Assembly (NCBI GenBank): GCA_963825525.1
Contig: CAWGTN010000001.1
Coordinates: 64,001-128,000, forward strand
From: an uncultured Chloroflexia bacterium
GTDB lineage: Bacteria; Chloroflexota; Limnocylindria; QHBO01
DNA length: 64,000 nt
Direction: 5' to 3'
In this document: positions 38,336-47,288 of the stretch, piece by piece
Numbering within the stretch: the first letter of the stretch is position 1
Layout: the number at the start of each line of letters is the position of its first letter
Program-made: the position numbers and the translations under genes
The notes under the pieces: model-generated
Databases searched by the model: none
What the model saw: the letters and a program-made list of their open reading frames with translations, nothing else
Told to the model about the DNA's origin: nothing

Positions 38336-39751
38336 ATGTCGATCGAGCTCAGCCAGCAGATCCAGCCGGTCATGCAGGCCAAGGTCACCCCGAAGCAGAT
38401 TGCGGCCAACTACATCCTGCAGATGAGCTCCGTCGAGCTGCAGGAAGCGATCGCACAGGAGCTTGACGAGAACCCGGCGCTCGAGATGGAGGAGCTGCCA
38501 ACATGCGCGATCTGCGGCCGCCCGGTCGCGGGCAGCTACTGCACCGAATGCATGCCACGCAAGGCCGAATCGGAGGGCGACGACGGTCGCGTGAGCCCCG
38601 ATGACCTCCCGGGCGACGGATCCACGCGGCTCCGGGACGAGGCGGACGAGTTCGACCCGATCGCGCGCGCCGAGGCTGATTTCACGCTCGAGGATCACCT
38701 GACCTGGAACCTGCACGCGCAGCTGCCGGGACGCCTCCACCCGGTGGCCGATCACGTCATCGGAGCGCTCGACTCGAACGGATTCCTCACCGAGTCCGAC
38801 GACGAGGTCGCCGGGGCAACCGGGGTGTCCCTGGCGGACGTTGAGCAGGTCCTTGCCGCGATGAAGGGTCTCGAACCGATCGGGATCGGATCGCGATCCA
38901 TCACCGAATCGCTGCTTGCCCAGATCGAGTACCTCCGCGAGCAGGACTCGGTGACGATCCCGCCGCACGCCGAGGCGGTGATCGCGGACCACCTCGCGGA
39001 GCTGGGGGAGCGGCGATTCCGCGAGATCGGGGTGGCGGTCGGTGCGACCCAGCGACAGGTCATGACCGTCTGGGAGTTCGTGAAGTCGAACCTCAACCCC
39101 TATCCGACCGCCGCGTTCACGGCGGCGGTGAGCGGCGACGCCTCCCGACCGATCATCCGTCCCGACGTCCTGATCCGCGAGAGCGAGGGCGAGCTCACCG
39201 TCGAGGTCGTCGAATCCCGGCGTTTCAGCCTCCACGTGGCACCGATCTACTCCAGCCTGTCATCCAAGCTGCGCAGCGCAGAAACGACGGAGGACGAGAA
39301 GGAGCACGTTCGACAGTACGTGGGTCGCGCCAAGTTCTTCATCGACAACATCAACCGTCGCCGCGCCACGATCCAGCGCATCGCCGAGTGCCTGGTGGAG
39401 CGGCAGCGCGACTACCTCGTGCACGGCGTGCAGCATCTGGTGCCGCTCACCCGCGCCGAGGTGGGGGAGGTCATCGGCATGCACGAGTCGACGGTCAGCC
39501 GGGCGACGGCCGAGAAGTACGTGATGCTGCCGCGTGGCGAGGTGGTGCCGTTCAGTCACTTCTTCACGGCCTCGCTCGGCGTCAAGGACCAGATCAAGCG
39601 GATGATCGAGGCGGAGGACACCCGGCACCCCTATTCCGACCAGGAGATCGCGGATGCGCTGGCCGAAGAAGGGGTTGCCCTGGCGCGCCGGACGGTCGCG
39701 AAGTACCGCGACGAGCTCCAGATCCTTCCCGCCCGGCTCCGCCATCGCTGA
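38336..39751 (+). CDS. rpoN: RNA polymerase sigma-54 factor
   Basis: Q/L-rich region I, ENPALE, LDSNGFL, EPIGIG, HESTVSRA..KY, SDQEIA and the RpoN box ARRTVAKYR. Confidence 0.97.
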   Translation: MSIELSQQIQPVMQAKVTPKQIAANYILQMSSVELQEAIAQELDENPALEMEELPTCAICGRPVAGSYCTECMPRKAESEGDDGRVSPDDLPGDGSTRLRDEADEFDPIARAEADFTLEDHLTWNLHAQLPGRLHPVADHVIGALDSNGFLTESDDEVAGATGVSLADVEQVLAAMKGLEPIGIGSRSITESLLAQIEYLREQDSVTIPPHAEAVIADHLAELGERRFREIGVAVGATQRQVMTVWEFVKSNLNPYPTAAFTAAVSGDASRPIIRPDVLIRESEGELTVEVVESRRFSLHVAPIYSSLSSKLRSAETTEDEKEHVRQYVGRAKFFIDNINRRRATIQRIAECLVERQRDYLVHGVQHLVPLTRAEVGEVIGMHESTVSRATAEKYVMLPRGEVVPFSHFFTASLGVKDQIKRMIEAEDTRHPYSDQEIADALAEEGVALARRTVAKYRDELQILPARLRHR

Positions 39752-39773
39752 GCGGGCACGGGGTCACCGCGCG

Positions 39774-41804
39774 ATGCGCGCCACCGTCGTGCGCAGCCTG
39801 GCCGTCGTCGGCGTCGGAGCCGTCCTGCTGGCGGGCGTCCTGTACGTCGCGAGCACGGTGGACGGGCGAGCCCCCTCGGTGGTGTCGATAGCTCTCACGC
39901 AGCCGGTCCCCGACGAGTCCCTGGTGGGCCTGCCAACCACGAGCCTCGAGATCACCTTCACCGAGCCGGTGGAGACCGACAGCGCAATCGCTGCCCTGGC
40001 GTTCGAGCCGCCGATCGAAGGCAGCGTGAGCGTGGCCGGGAGTGCGGTGCTCTTCACGCCCAGCGAGCCTCTCGAGCTCGCCGCGACCTACACGCTGACC
40101 GTTGCCGCCGGGGTGCGCGATGCGGCCGGCAACCGCCTGACCGAGGTGCCGCCGCCGTTCACGTTCGAGACGACCGGGCCGCCACAGGTGGTCGAGACCG
40201 ATCCGCCGGACGGCGCGACCGGGGTGCTCCTCGATGCGCCGGTATCGATCCGCTTCTCGGGGCTGATGGATACCGCATCGGTGGAGGCGGCGTTGCGCCT
40301 GCGGCCGATCTTCGACCATACCCTCCGATGGAGCGGCCGGCTGCTCGAGATCGTCCCGACCGAGGCGCTGCGACCGGACACCGACTATCGCGTGGACATC
40401 GGTGCGGAGGCGCTCGACACGTCGGGCGTCGCGTTGGGCGAGCCGGTCCGGATGGCGTTCCACACCCTCACGGCTGGTCTCGACGTCACACGCGTCGTGC
40501 CGCGCGATGGGACCGACGGCGTGGCCGCCATATCGTCGATCGCGGTGATCTTTGACGATCCGGTCGATCCAGCCTCCGTCTCGGGCGACGCCATGTCGAT
40601 CCGTCCGGATGTCTCGGGCTCGCTCGAGATCGTCGACGTTCGGGGCGAGACACCCGCCTCAGGCGAGGAGGGCGTGGTGCTCCGCTTCGTTCCCGCGGGC
40701 CCGCTGCCGCCGAACACGACGTTCGATGTTCGACTCGAGCCCACCGTCGCCGGCATCGACGGCGGCGGGCTGGCGGAGCCGCTCACGTGGTCGTTCACGA
40801 CCGGTGCGCCGGGCACGGCACTGACGAACCAGGTGGCATTCCTTTCCGACCGTGCGGGGATCGCCAACCTGTGGGTCATGAACCCGGACGGATCAGGCGC
40901 ACACCAGGTGAGCGCGGAGCTGAGTCCGGTCCTTGATTACGCGATTGCGCCCGATGGGAGCTCATTCGTGGTGGGCGATGGTCATCGCCTCGTCATGCAG
41001 GACGCCGACGGCTCTGACCGGCGCGTCATCACCGACGACGGGTACCTCGAGTTCGACCCGACCTACGCGCCGAACGGCCAGCACCTGGCCTTCGCCCGGG
41101 TCGACGCCACCGACGGGGGCGGGCTCGGAATCTGGCAGCGCTCGATTCCCGGCGACGATGTCTCGGCGATCGACCTGCCGTCACAGGGTGAGCCGGACTC
41201 GGGCGACGTCCCGCACCGTGCACCCCGCTACTCGCCGGACGGCACCGCCCTCGCCTTCGTGGACGCCACGGGGTGGGTCGCCATCGTCGGGTTGGACGAC
41301 GGTACATTCGATCGGGCGAGGTTCGCTGCGGACGTGGTGCCGTCCTGGCTGCCCGACTCGAGCGCGGTGGTGCTCACGGGCCGGCCATCGAGTGTCGGGA
41401 CCGAGCCCGAGCCGGTCGTGGCGCCGGTCGAACCCATGGCCGCGGGGGAGGGAACCACGGTCGCCGTGCTGCGCCGCGACGCTTCCCGGACGGATCCCAG
41501 CGGGCTCGATCCGGGCGCGGTGCTGCTGGCGCTGGGGTCCGACGGCCGCATCGCCTACCGTGACGCCGATGGCGGCCTGTGGGTCAGCGACAGCGTGGAC
41601 GAACCCGGCCGGCGCGTCCCGCGCGTCGACGAGCCGGGGATCAGCGGCGTGGCCTTCTCACCGAATGCCGACGAGATGGTGGTCATCATCCCCGGCGCGG
41701 ATCGGGAGCCGACGATCGAGGGCACGGTCGTGAGGGTCGGCATGGATAACGGGCGACGGCAGGTGCTCGCCAACGACGGATGGCGGGCGCGCTGGCTACC
41801 CTGA
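39774..41804 (+). CDS. Membrane-anchored protein with Big_5 Ig-like domains and TolB/PD40-like beta-propeller
   Basis: N-terminal TM; three ITFTEPV/IRFSGLMD/VIFDDPVD Ig-like units; AFLSDRAG..NLWVMNPDG, YAPNG, YSPDG repeats. Confidence 0.85.
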   Translation: MRATVVRSLAVVGVGAVLLAGVLYVASTVDGRAPSVVSIALTQPVPDESLVGLPTTSLEITFTEPVETDSAIAALAFEPPIEGSVSVAGSAVLFTPSEPLELAATYTLTVAAGVRDAAGNRLTEVPPPFTFETTGPPQVVETDPPDGATGVLLDAPVSIRFSGLMDTASVEAALRLRPIFDHTLRWSGRLLEIVPTEALRPDTDYRVDIGAEALDTSGVALGEPVRMAFHTLTAGLDVTRVVPRDGTDGVAAISSIAVIFDDPVDPASVSGDAMSIRPDVSGSLEIVDVRGETPASGEEGVVLRFVPAGPLPPNTTFDVRLEPTVAGIDGGGLAEPLTWSFTTGAPGTALTNQVAFLSDRAGIANLWVMNPDGSGAHQVSAELSPVLDYAIAPDGSSFVVGDGHRLVMQDADGSDRRVITDDGYLEFDPTYAPNGQHLAFARVDATDGGGLGIWQRSIPGDDVSAIDLPSQGEPDSGDVPHRAPRYSPDGTALAFVDATGWVAIVGLDDGTFDRARFAADVVPSWLPDSSAVVLTGRPSSVGTEPEPVVAPVEPMAAGEGTTVAVLRRDASRTDPSGLDPGAVLLALGSDGRIAYRDADGGLWVSDSVDEPGRRVPRVDEPGISGVAFSPNADEMVVIIPGADREPTIEGTVVRVGMDNGRRQVLANDGWRARWLP

Positions 41805-41952
41805 CCACCGATGCCAGGCGCGTGCTAGAATCCGCGCGCCGTCGCTGGCGGGGTACGTGACCGTGTCCTCCCGCCGGCGCTTCGTGTGCATCTAGGAATA
41901 GGTCTGAGCGAGCCCGATTGAGCGTGGCCGCCGGCCACCGCTCGGAGGATCC

Positions 41953-44175
41953 ATGGAGCTCCAGCCCATCCTGTGGGTGATCCCGCTTGCCGGAATCGCC
42001 GCCATCGCGTTCGCCCTCTATCTCGCCTGGGACGTCCTTCGAGCGGACACCGGCACGGAGGCGATGCAGGAGATCGCCGGCACGATCTACGAAGGGGCCG
42101 TGGCCTTCATCAGGCGCCAGTACCAGACCATCGCCCTCCTGGCACTCGGTGGCGCGCTGATCATCGGCGTGGTGATCGGCGTCGTCGAGGGCCGTGAGGT
42201 CGCCGACACCGACATCTTCGGATTCGACCTCGGATGGCGCACCGCGCTCGCGTTTCTCGTGGGCGCGGCGTGCTCGATGGCGTCGGGCATCATCGGCATG
42301 TTCATCAGCGTGAAGGCAAACCTGCGGACGGCCGCGGCGGCGCAGCACAGCCTGGTGCGTGCCGTCCAGGTTGCGATGCGCGGGGGAGCGGTATCGGGCT
42401 TCCTGGTGGTCGCCCTGAGCCTTCTCGGCGTGTACGGAATCTTCGCTGCCTTCGGTGGGTTCACCAATCCTGAGGAGGCACCGTTCCTCATCGTCGGCTT
42501 CGGGTTCGGCGCCAGCTTCGTGGCCCTGTTCGCTCAGCTGGGCGGCGGCATCTACACGAAGGCGGCCGACGTCGGGGCGGACCTGGTCGGGAAGGTCGAG
42601 GCCGGCATCCCGGAGGACGACCCGCGCAACGCGGCCGTGGTGGCGGACCTCGTGGGTGACAACGTCGGCGACTGCGCCGGACGTGGTGCGGACCTGTTTG
42701 AATCGACGGCGGCCGAGAACATCGGCGCCATGATCCTGGGCGTTGCGGTATGGCGCATCGCCACCGAGCTCGGCTGGCCGAATCCCGAGGCGTGGATCTT
42801 CTTCCCGCTCGTCGTGCGTGGCTTTGGCCTGCTGGCGACCATCGTGGCCATGTTCTTCGTGCGTGGCAGCGAGACCGAGAACCCGATGAACATCCTGAAC
42901 CGCGGGTACTGGGTCACGACCATCCTCTCCATCGGCGGCCTGGCGCTCACGACCTACGTGATGATGAACACGGGGATCGATCTGCCCGTCAACGGCATCC
43001 CCGCGTGGGTCTGGTTCTTCGGCGCCGGCCTCGTCGGGCTCGCCACCAGCGTGGCCTTCGTCTACATCACCCAGTACTACACGGCGGGCACCTATCGCCC
43101 GGTGCGCGAGATCGCCGAGGCGAGCCGGACCGGACCCGCCACCAACATCATCAGCGGAACCGCCGTGGGCTTCGAGACGACGCTCATGACGGCCGTCACC
43201 ATCGCCGTCGCCCTGTTCGCCAGCTTCACCCTCGGCAGCCAGGCGGGCCTCATCACCGCGGCCGGCGACAACGTCGGCGGCATCTTCGGGACCGCCGTCG
43301 CCACCATGGGCATGCTCATGACGACCGCCTACATCCTGGCCATGGACACGTTCGGTCCCATCACCGACAACGCGGGCGGGATCGCCGAGTTCAGCAAGGC
43401 CGATGCGAGCGCTCGCGAGATCACCGACCGCCTCGACGCCGTGGGCAACACGACGAAGGCACTCACCAAGGGCTACGCCATCGCCTCGGCGTCCCTGGCG
43501 GCCTTCCTGCTGTTCAGCGCCTACATCGACAAGGTCAACCTCATCCTCCAGCGACAGATCGACAGCGGGCTGCGCGAGGCGGGCACGCTGCTCGAATCGG
43601 TCGACCTGGCGAACGTCAACGTGTTCATCGCCGGGCTCATCGGGGCCATGCTCGTGTACTTCTTCTCGAGCCTGGCCATTCGGGCCGTCGGCACCGCCGC
43701 ACAGGCGATCATCGTCGAGGTCCGTCGTCAGTTCCGCGAGATGCCCGGCATCATGGATTACACCCAGCGACCCGACTACGCCCGGGTGGTGGACATCACG
43801 ACGCGCGCCGCCCTGCGCGAGATGATCCTGCCAGGCACCGTGGCCGTCGCCACCCCGATCATCGTTGGACTGCTGCTCGGGCACGAGGCGGTGGCCGGCA
43901 TGCTCATGGTGGGCACGATCAGCGGCGTCATGCTCGCCACCGTCCTGAACAACGGCGGCGGCGCGTGGGACAACGCCAAGAAGTACATCGAGTCGGGCGA
44001 GCTCAAGGATGCGGACGGCAACGTGCTCGGCAAGGGATCGGACGCCCACGCCGCTGCGGTCGTCGGTGACACCGTGGGAGACCCGTTCAAGGACACCGCC
44101 GGACCATCCCTCCACGTCCTGGTGAAGCTGCTCGCCACCATCACCCTGGTGCTTGCGCCGCTCTTCATCCGGTAG
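41953..44175 (+). CDS. hppA: Membrane-bound pyrophosphatase, K+-independent type
   Basis: GGGIYTKAADVGADLVGKVE, DNVGD, DNAGG, GNTTKA (Lys determinant), WDNAKK, GDTVGDPFKDT motifs. Confidence 0.96.
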   Translation: MELQPILWVIPLAGIAAIAFALYLAWDVLRADTGTEAMQEIAGTIYEGAVAFIRRQYQTIALLALGGALIIGVVIGVVEGREVADTDIFGFDLGWRTALAFLVGAACSMASGIIGMFISVKANLRTAAAAQHSLVRAVQVAMRGGAVSGFLVVALSLLGVYGIFAAFGGFTNPEEAPFLIVGFGFGASFVALFAQLGGGIYTKAADVGADLVGKVEAGIPEDDPRNAAVVADLVGDNVGDCAGRGADLFESTAAENIGAMILGVAVWRIATELGWPNPEAWIFFPLVVRGFGLLATIVAMFFVRGSETENPMNILNRGYWVTTILSIGGLALTTYVMMNTGIDLPVNGIPAWVWFFGAGLVGLATSVAFVYITQYYTAGTYRPVREIAEASRTGPATNIISGTAVGFETTLMTAVTIAVALFASFTLGSQAGLITAAGDNVGGIFGTAVATMGMLMTTAYILAMDTFGPITDNAGGIAEFSKADASAREITDRLDAVGNTTKALTKGYAIASASLAAFLLFSAYIDKVNLILQRQIDSGLREAGTLLESVDLANVNVFIAGLIGAMLVYFFSSLAIRAVGTAAQAIIVEVRRQFREMPGIMDYTQRPDYARVVDITTRAALREMILPGTVAVATPIIVGLLLGHEAVAGMLMVGTISGVMLATVLNNGGGAWDNAKKYIESGELKDADGNVLGKGSDAHAAAVVGDTVGDPFKDTAGPSLHVLVKLLATITLVLAPLFIR

Positions 44176-44202
44176 GAGGTTCCCGCGTCGCCGCGGGTCA
44201 TC

Positions 44203-45048
44203 ATGGACGTCGTCATCCAGGCCGCGCTCATCGGGCTGCTCCAGGGTCTGACCGAGTTCATCCCGATCAGCTCGTCGGCACACCTCGAGCTGGCACCGTG
44301 GATCGCCGGCTGGCAGACCGAAGGGCTCATCGGGAGCCTGGCCTTCGACGTGTTCCTGCACCTCGGCACGCTCGTGGCGCTGCTCGTCTACTTCGCCCGT
44401 GACTGGGTGCGCTACGCGCGTGCGTGGGTCGCCAGCGTTCGCGAGCGGCGCATCGGCGGTGATCCTGACCGGCGTATTGCCTGGCTCCTCATCGTGGCCA
44501 CGATTCCGGCCGCGCTCATCGGCTTCGCGCTCGAGGGCTTCATTGAGGACACGTTCCACGGGAACACCGATGGCGCGCGACTCGCCATCGCCGGCTTTCT
44601 CGTCCTCGGGGCGATCGGACTCTGGCTTGCCGACCGCCTGGGGCGCGAAACGCGCGGCCTGTCTGACGTCACACTGCCGGGTGCCCTGACCATCGGCCTC
44701 AGCCAGGCCCTCGCCCTGTTTCCGGGCATCAGCCGTAGCGGGGCCACCATCACCGCGGGGCGGGCGCTTGGCCTGAACCGGGAGGCCGCGGCACGCTTCA
44801 GCTTCCTGCTCGCGACGCCGATCACCTTCGGCGCCGGGCTCTACGGCTCGCGCCGCCTCCTGACCGAGACCCACACCGGAACCGAGTGGCTGGCGATCGC
44901 GGTCGGGTTCGCGGTGGCCGTGCTGTCGGGCCTGATGGCCATCGGATTCCTGCTCGCCTGGCTCCGCCGGCGCTCACTCGCCGCCTTCAGCGTGTACCGC
45001 ATCCTGTTCGCCGCGGTCATCGTGGTGCTGGTGGTCATCGGCCGCTGA
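44203..45048 (+). CDS. uppP: Undecaprenyl-diphosphatase
   Basis: QGLTEFIPISSSAH, HLGT, PGISRSGAT, AARFSFLL motifs. Confidence 0.96.
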   Translation: MDVVIQAALIGLLQGLTEFIPISSSAHLELAPWIAGWQTEGLIGSLAFDVFLHLGTLVALLVYFARDWVRYARAWVASVRERRIGGDPDRRIAWLLIVATIPAALIGFALEGFIEDTFHGNTDGARLAIAGFLVLGAIGLWLADRLGRETRGLSDVTLPGALTIGLSQALALFPGISRSGATITAGRALGLNREAAARFSFLLATPITFGAGLYGSRRLLTETHTGTEWLAIAVGFAVAVLSGLMAIGFLLAWLRRRSLAAFSVYRILFAAVIVVLVVIGR

Positions 45049-45067
45049 TCCGCGCCCGCTCCTCGCT

Positions 45068-45096
45068 TTGACTTCGCACGCTCGCAGACCTACAAT
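45068..45096 (+). promoter_or_regulatory. Sigma-70-type promoter of greA
   Basis: TTGACT-N17-TACAAT. Confidence 0.8.
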
Positions 45097-45144
45097 CTGC
45101 CCGCTGCGGACGACCCGCGGCGCCTGGCCCATCGGGTACGGCCA

Positions 45145-45192
45145 GCTTCAGGAGACGCCGCCAACGCATCGGCGGGGCCTGGAGCGTTTTTT
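45145..45192 (+). terminator. Intrinsic terminator inside the greA 5' leader (attenuator-like)
   Basis: GCTTCAGG...CGCCG/CGGCG...CCTGGAGC hairpin followed by GTTTTTT, 30 nt before the greA ATG. Confidence 0.65.
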
Positions 45193-45222
45193 GTTATCGG
45201 ACGAGGACGAGGGGGCATCAAT

Positions 45223-45684
45223 ATGAACACCAAGCCCGTCTACCTCACAGCGGAGGGTCTCGAGAAGCTCAAGGTCGAGCTCCATGAGCTGATCACGGTT
45301 GATCGACCCCGCATCGCCGCCCGAATTCACGAGGCCAAGCTCGACGGCGATCTGTCGGAGAACGCCGAGTACGAGGACGCCAAGCAGGAACAATCGTTCC
45401 TCGAAGGCCGCATCGCCACGCTCGAGCTGCAGCTGCGCAACGCCGCGGTCATCGAGAAGGCGAATGGCGACAGCGTCGGCATCGGCTCGAAGGTCGTCAT
45501 CAAGGGCACCGACGGCGAGGAGACGTTCACGATCGTCGGCTCGGCGGAGGCCGCGCCGCGTGACGGACGCATCAGCAACGAGTCGCCGGTCGGCGCCGCG
45601 CTGATGGGCCGCAAGAAGGGCGACACGGTGACCGTCCACGCACCGGCCGGCGCCATCGAGTACACGCTCGTTCGCATCGGCTGA
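45223..45684 (+). CDS. greA: Transcription elongation factor GreA
   Basis: LT.EGLEKLK.EL, GDLSENAEYEDAK, ISNESPVG.AL motifs. Confidence 0.97.
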   Translation: MNTKPVYLTAEGLEKLKVELHELITVDRPRIAARIHEAKLDGDLSENAEYEDAKQEQSFLEGRIATLELQLRNAAVIEKANGDSVGIGSKVVIKGTDGEETFTIVGSAEAAPRDGRISNESPVGAALMGRKKGDTVTVHAPAGAIEYTLVRIG

Positions 45685-45689
45685 GCAGC

Positions 45690-47288
45690 GTGTTCTGGGC
45701 TGACGAGCTCGCCGCGGCGGCTTCCGGCCCGCAGGTCGTCAACGACTCGAAGACGCCGTCGGGCACCGTTCACGTAGGAAGCCTGCGTGGTCCGGTGGTG
45801 GTCGACACCATCGCCCGCGCGCTTCGTCGGGCGGACGTCCCGGTGGAGCTCCGCTACGGCGTCGACGATCTCGACCCGATGGATGCACAGGCGCTCCTGA
45901 CGCCCGACGCCATCGAGCGCTCCATGGGCGTGCCGCTCTCCCATGTGCCCGATCCGGCCGGTGACTGTCATGACTCGTACGCTCGGCACTTCGCCGGTGT
46001 CTTCGTGGACACCTTCGACGGCCTCGGCATTCGGCCCGACACCTATTACTGGATGAGCGAGGTCTACGGTTCGGGCGCCATGGACCCCTTCATCCGTCGG
46101 GCCCTCGACGGCGCCGCCACCATCCGCGACATCTATCGGCGCGTCGCGAACGTCAACCATTCCGATGACTGGCATCCGCTCTTCGTCATCTGCGAGTCGT
46201 GTGGGCGAATCGGCACGACCATCGTCACGGGGTGGGACGGCGACATCGTCACCTACGAGTGCCGCCCGGACCTCGTGACCTGGGCCGCCGGCTGCGGGCA
46301 TTCGGGCACGGTGTCACCGTTCGGCGGCCGCGCCAAGCTGCCGTACAACGTTGACTGGGCCGCCAAGTGGGAGCTGTTCGGCGTCACCATCGAACCCGCC
46401 GGCAAGGACCTCTCCACGGCCGGAGGATCGCGCGACCGCTCCGATGCCGTCGCCCGCGAGGTCTTCGGCAACGAGCCTCCGCTGAACGTGCCCTACGAGT
46501 TCCTCAACATCGGCGGCAAAAAGATGTCCACCTCGAAGGGACTTGGCGCCTCGGCCACCCAGATCGCGGATGTCGTGCCACCCGAACAGCTTCGGCTGTT
46601 GTTCCTGCGCCCGCGACCGAACACGGCAATCGAGTTCGACCCGCACGGGACCGATGCCATTCCGCGGCTGTTCGACGAGTCCGATCGCCTTGCGGCCGCC
46701 ACCGATGGCCGCGAGGTGCGGGGTGAGCTTCCGGCGAATCACGAGCAGGTCTACCGCTACAGCCTGGTCGAGCCCGATGCCGACCTGGCCGCGGAGTCCG
46801 CCGCCTTCCGCCCGGCCTTCAGCCACCTGGCGCTCCTCGAGCAGATCCCCGGCGTCGACGTCGTCGAGCGCGTGACCGCGGAGAAGGCTGCGCCGCTGAC
46901 CCATCGCGAAGCCGAGATTCTCGAGGAGCGGCGGGCCGCCGCGAGAGCGTGGCTCACCGCCTACGCTCCCGACTCCGTCCGGATCGCGGTCCGCGATACC
47001 CTGCCGCAGGAAGCGAGCGGCTTGACCGATGCGCAGCGCACGTATCTCGGCCGCCTGGCTGACGCCTCAGCCACCGCGCCACCGGCCTCGGGCGAGTCGT
47101 GGCAGGCACTGATCTTCAGCACGGCCAAGGACGCCGGGCTGTCCGCCGGCGACGCGTTCCGTGCGGTCTACCTCGCGTTCCTCGGCCGAACCAACGGCCC
47201 TCGCGCCGGTTGGCTCGTGGCATCGCTCGATGCCGGCTTCGTCACGCGTCGCCTGGGCGAGGCATCCGCACCGGGGGCCGTGTCATGA
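45690..47288 (+). CDS. lysS: Class I lysyl-tRNA synthetase
   Basis: FWADE, TPSGTVHVGSLRG, DDLDPMD, CxxCG, DWAAKW, EPAGKD, KMSTSKG motifs. Confidence 0.93.
   Translation: MFWADELAAAASGPQVVNDSKTPSGTVHVGSLRGPVVVDTIARALRRADVPVELRYGVDDLDPMDAQALLTPDAIERSMGVPLSHVPDPAGDCHDSYARHFAGVFVDTFDGLGIRPDTYYWMSEVYGSGAMDPFIRRALDGAATIRDIYRRVANVNHSDDWHPLFVICESCGRIGTTIVTGWDGDIVTYECRPDLVTWAAGCGHSGTVSPFGGRAKLPYNVDWAAKWELFGVTIEPAGKDLSTAGGSRDRSDAVAREVFGNEPPLNVPYEFLNIGGKKMSTSKGLGASATQIADVVPPEQLRLLFLRPRPNTAIEFDPHGTDAIPRLFDESDRLAAATDGREVRGELPANHEQVYRYSLVEPDADLAAESAAFRPAFSHLALLEQIPGVDVVERVTAEKAAPLTHREAEILEERRAAARAWLTAYAPDSVRIAVRDTLPQEASGLTDAQRTYLGRLADASATAPPASGESWQALIFSTAKDAGLSAGDAFRAVYLAFLGRTNGPRAGWLVASLDAGFVTRRLGEASAPGAVS

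Noticed and set aside
41686-44874. 1062-aa minus-strand ORF (and similar long ORFs such as 49873-52176, 22545-24395, 52371-54269)
   Set aside because: Antisense shadows of well-supported genes; expected in high-GC DNA with few stops; no motifs.
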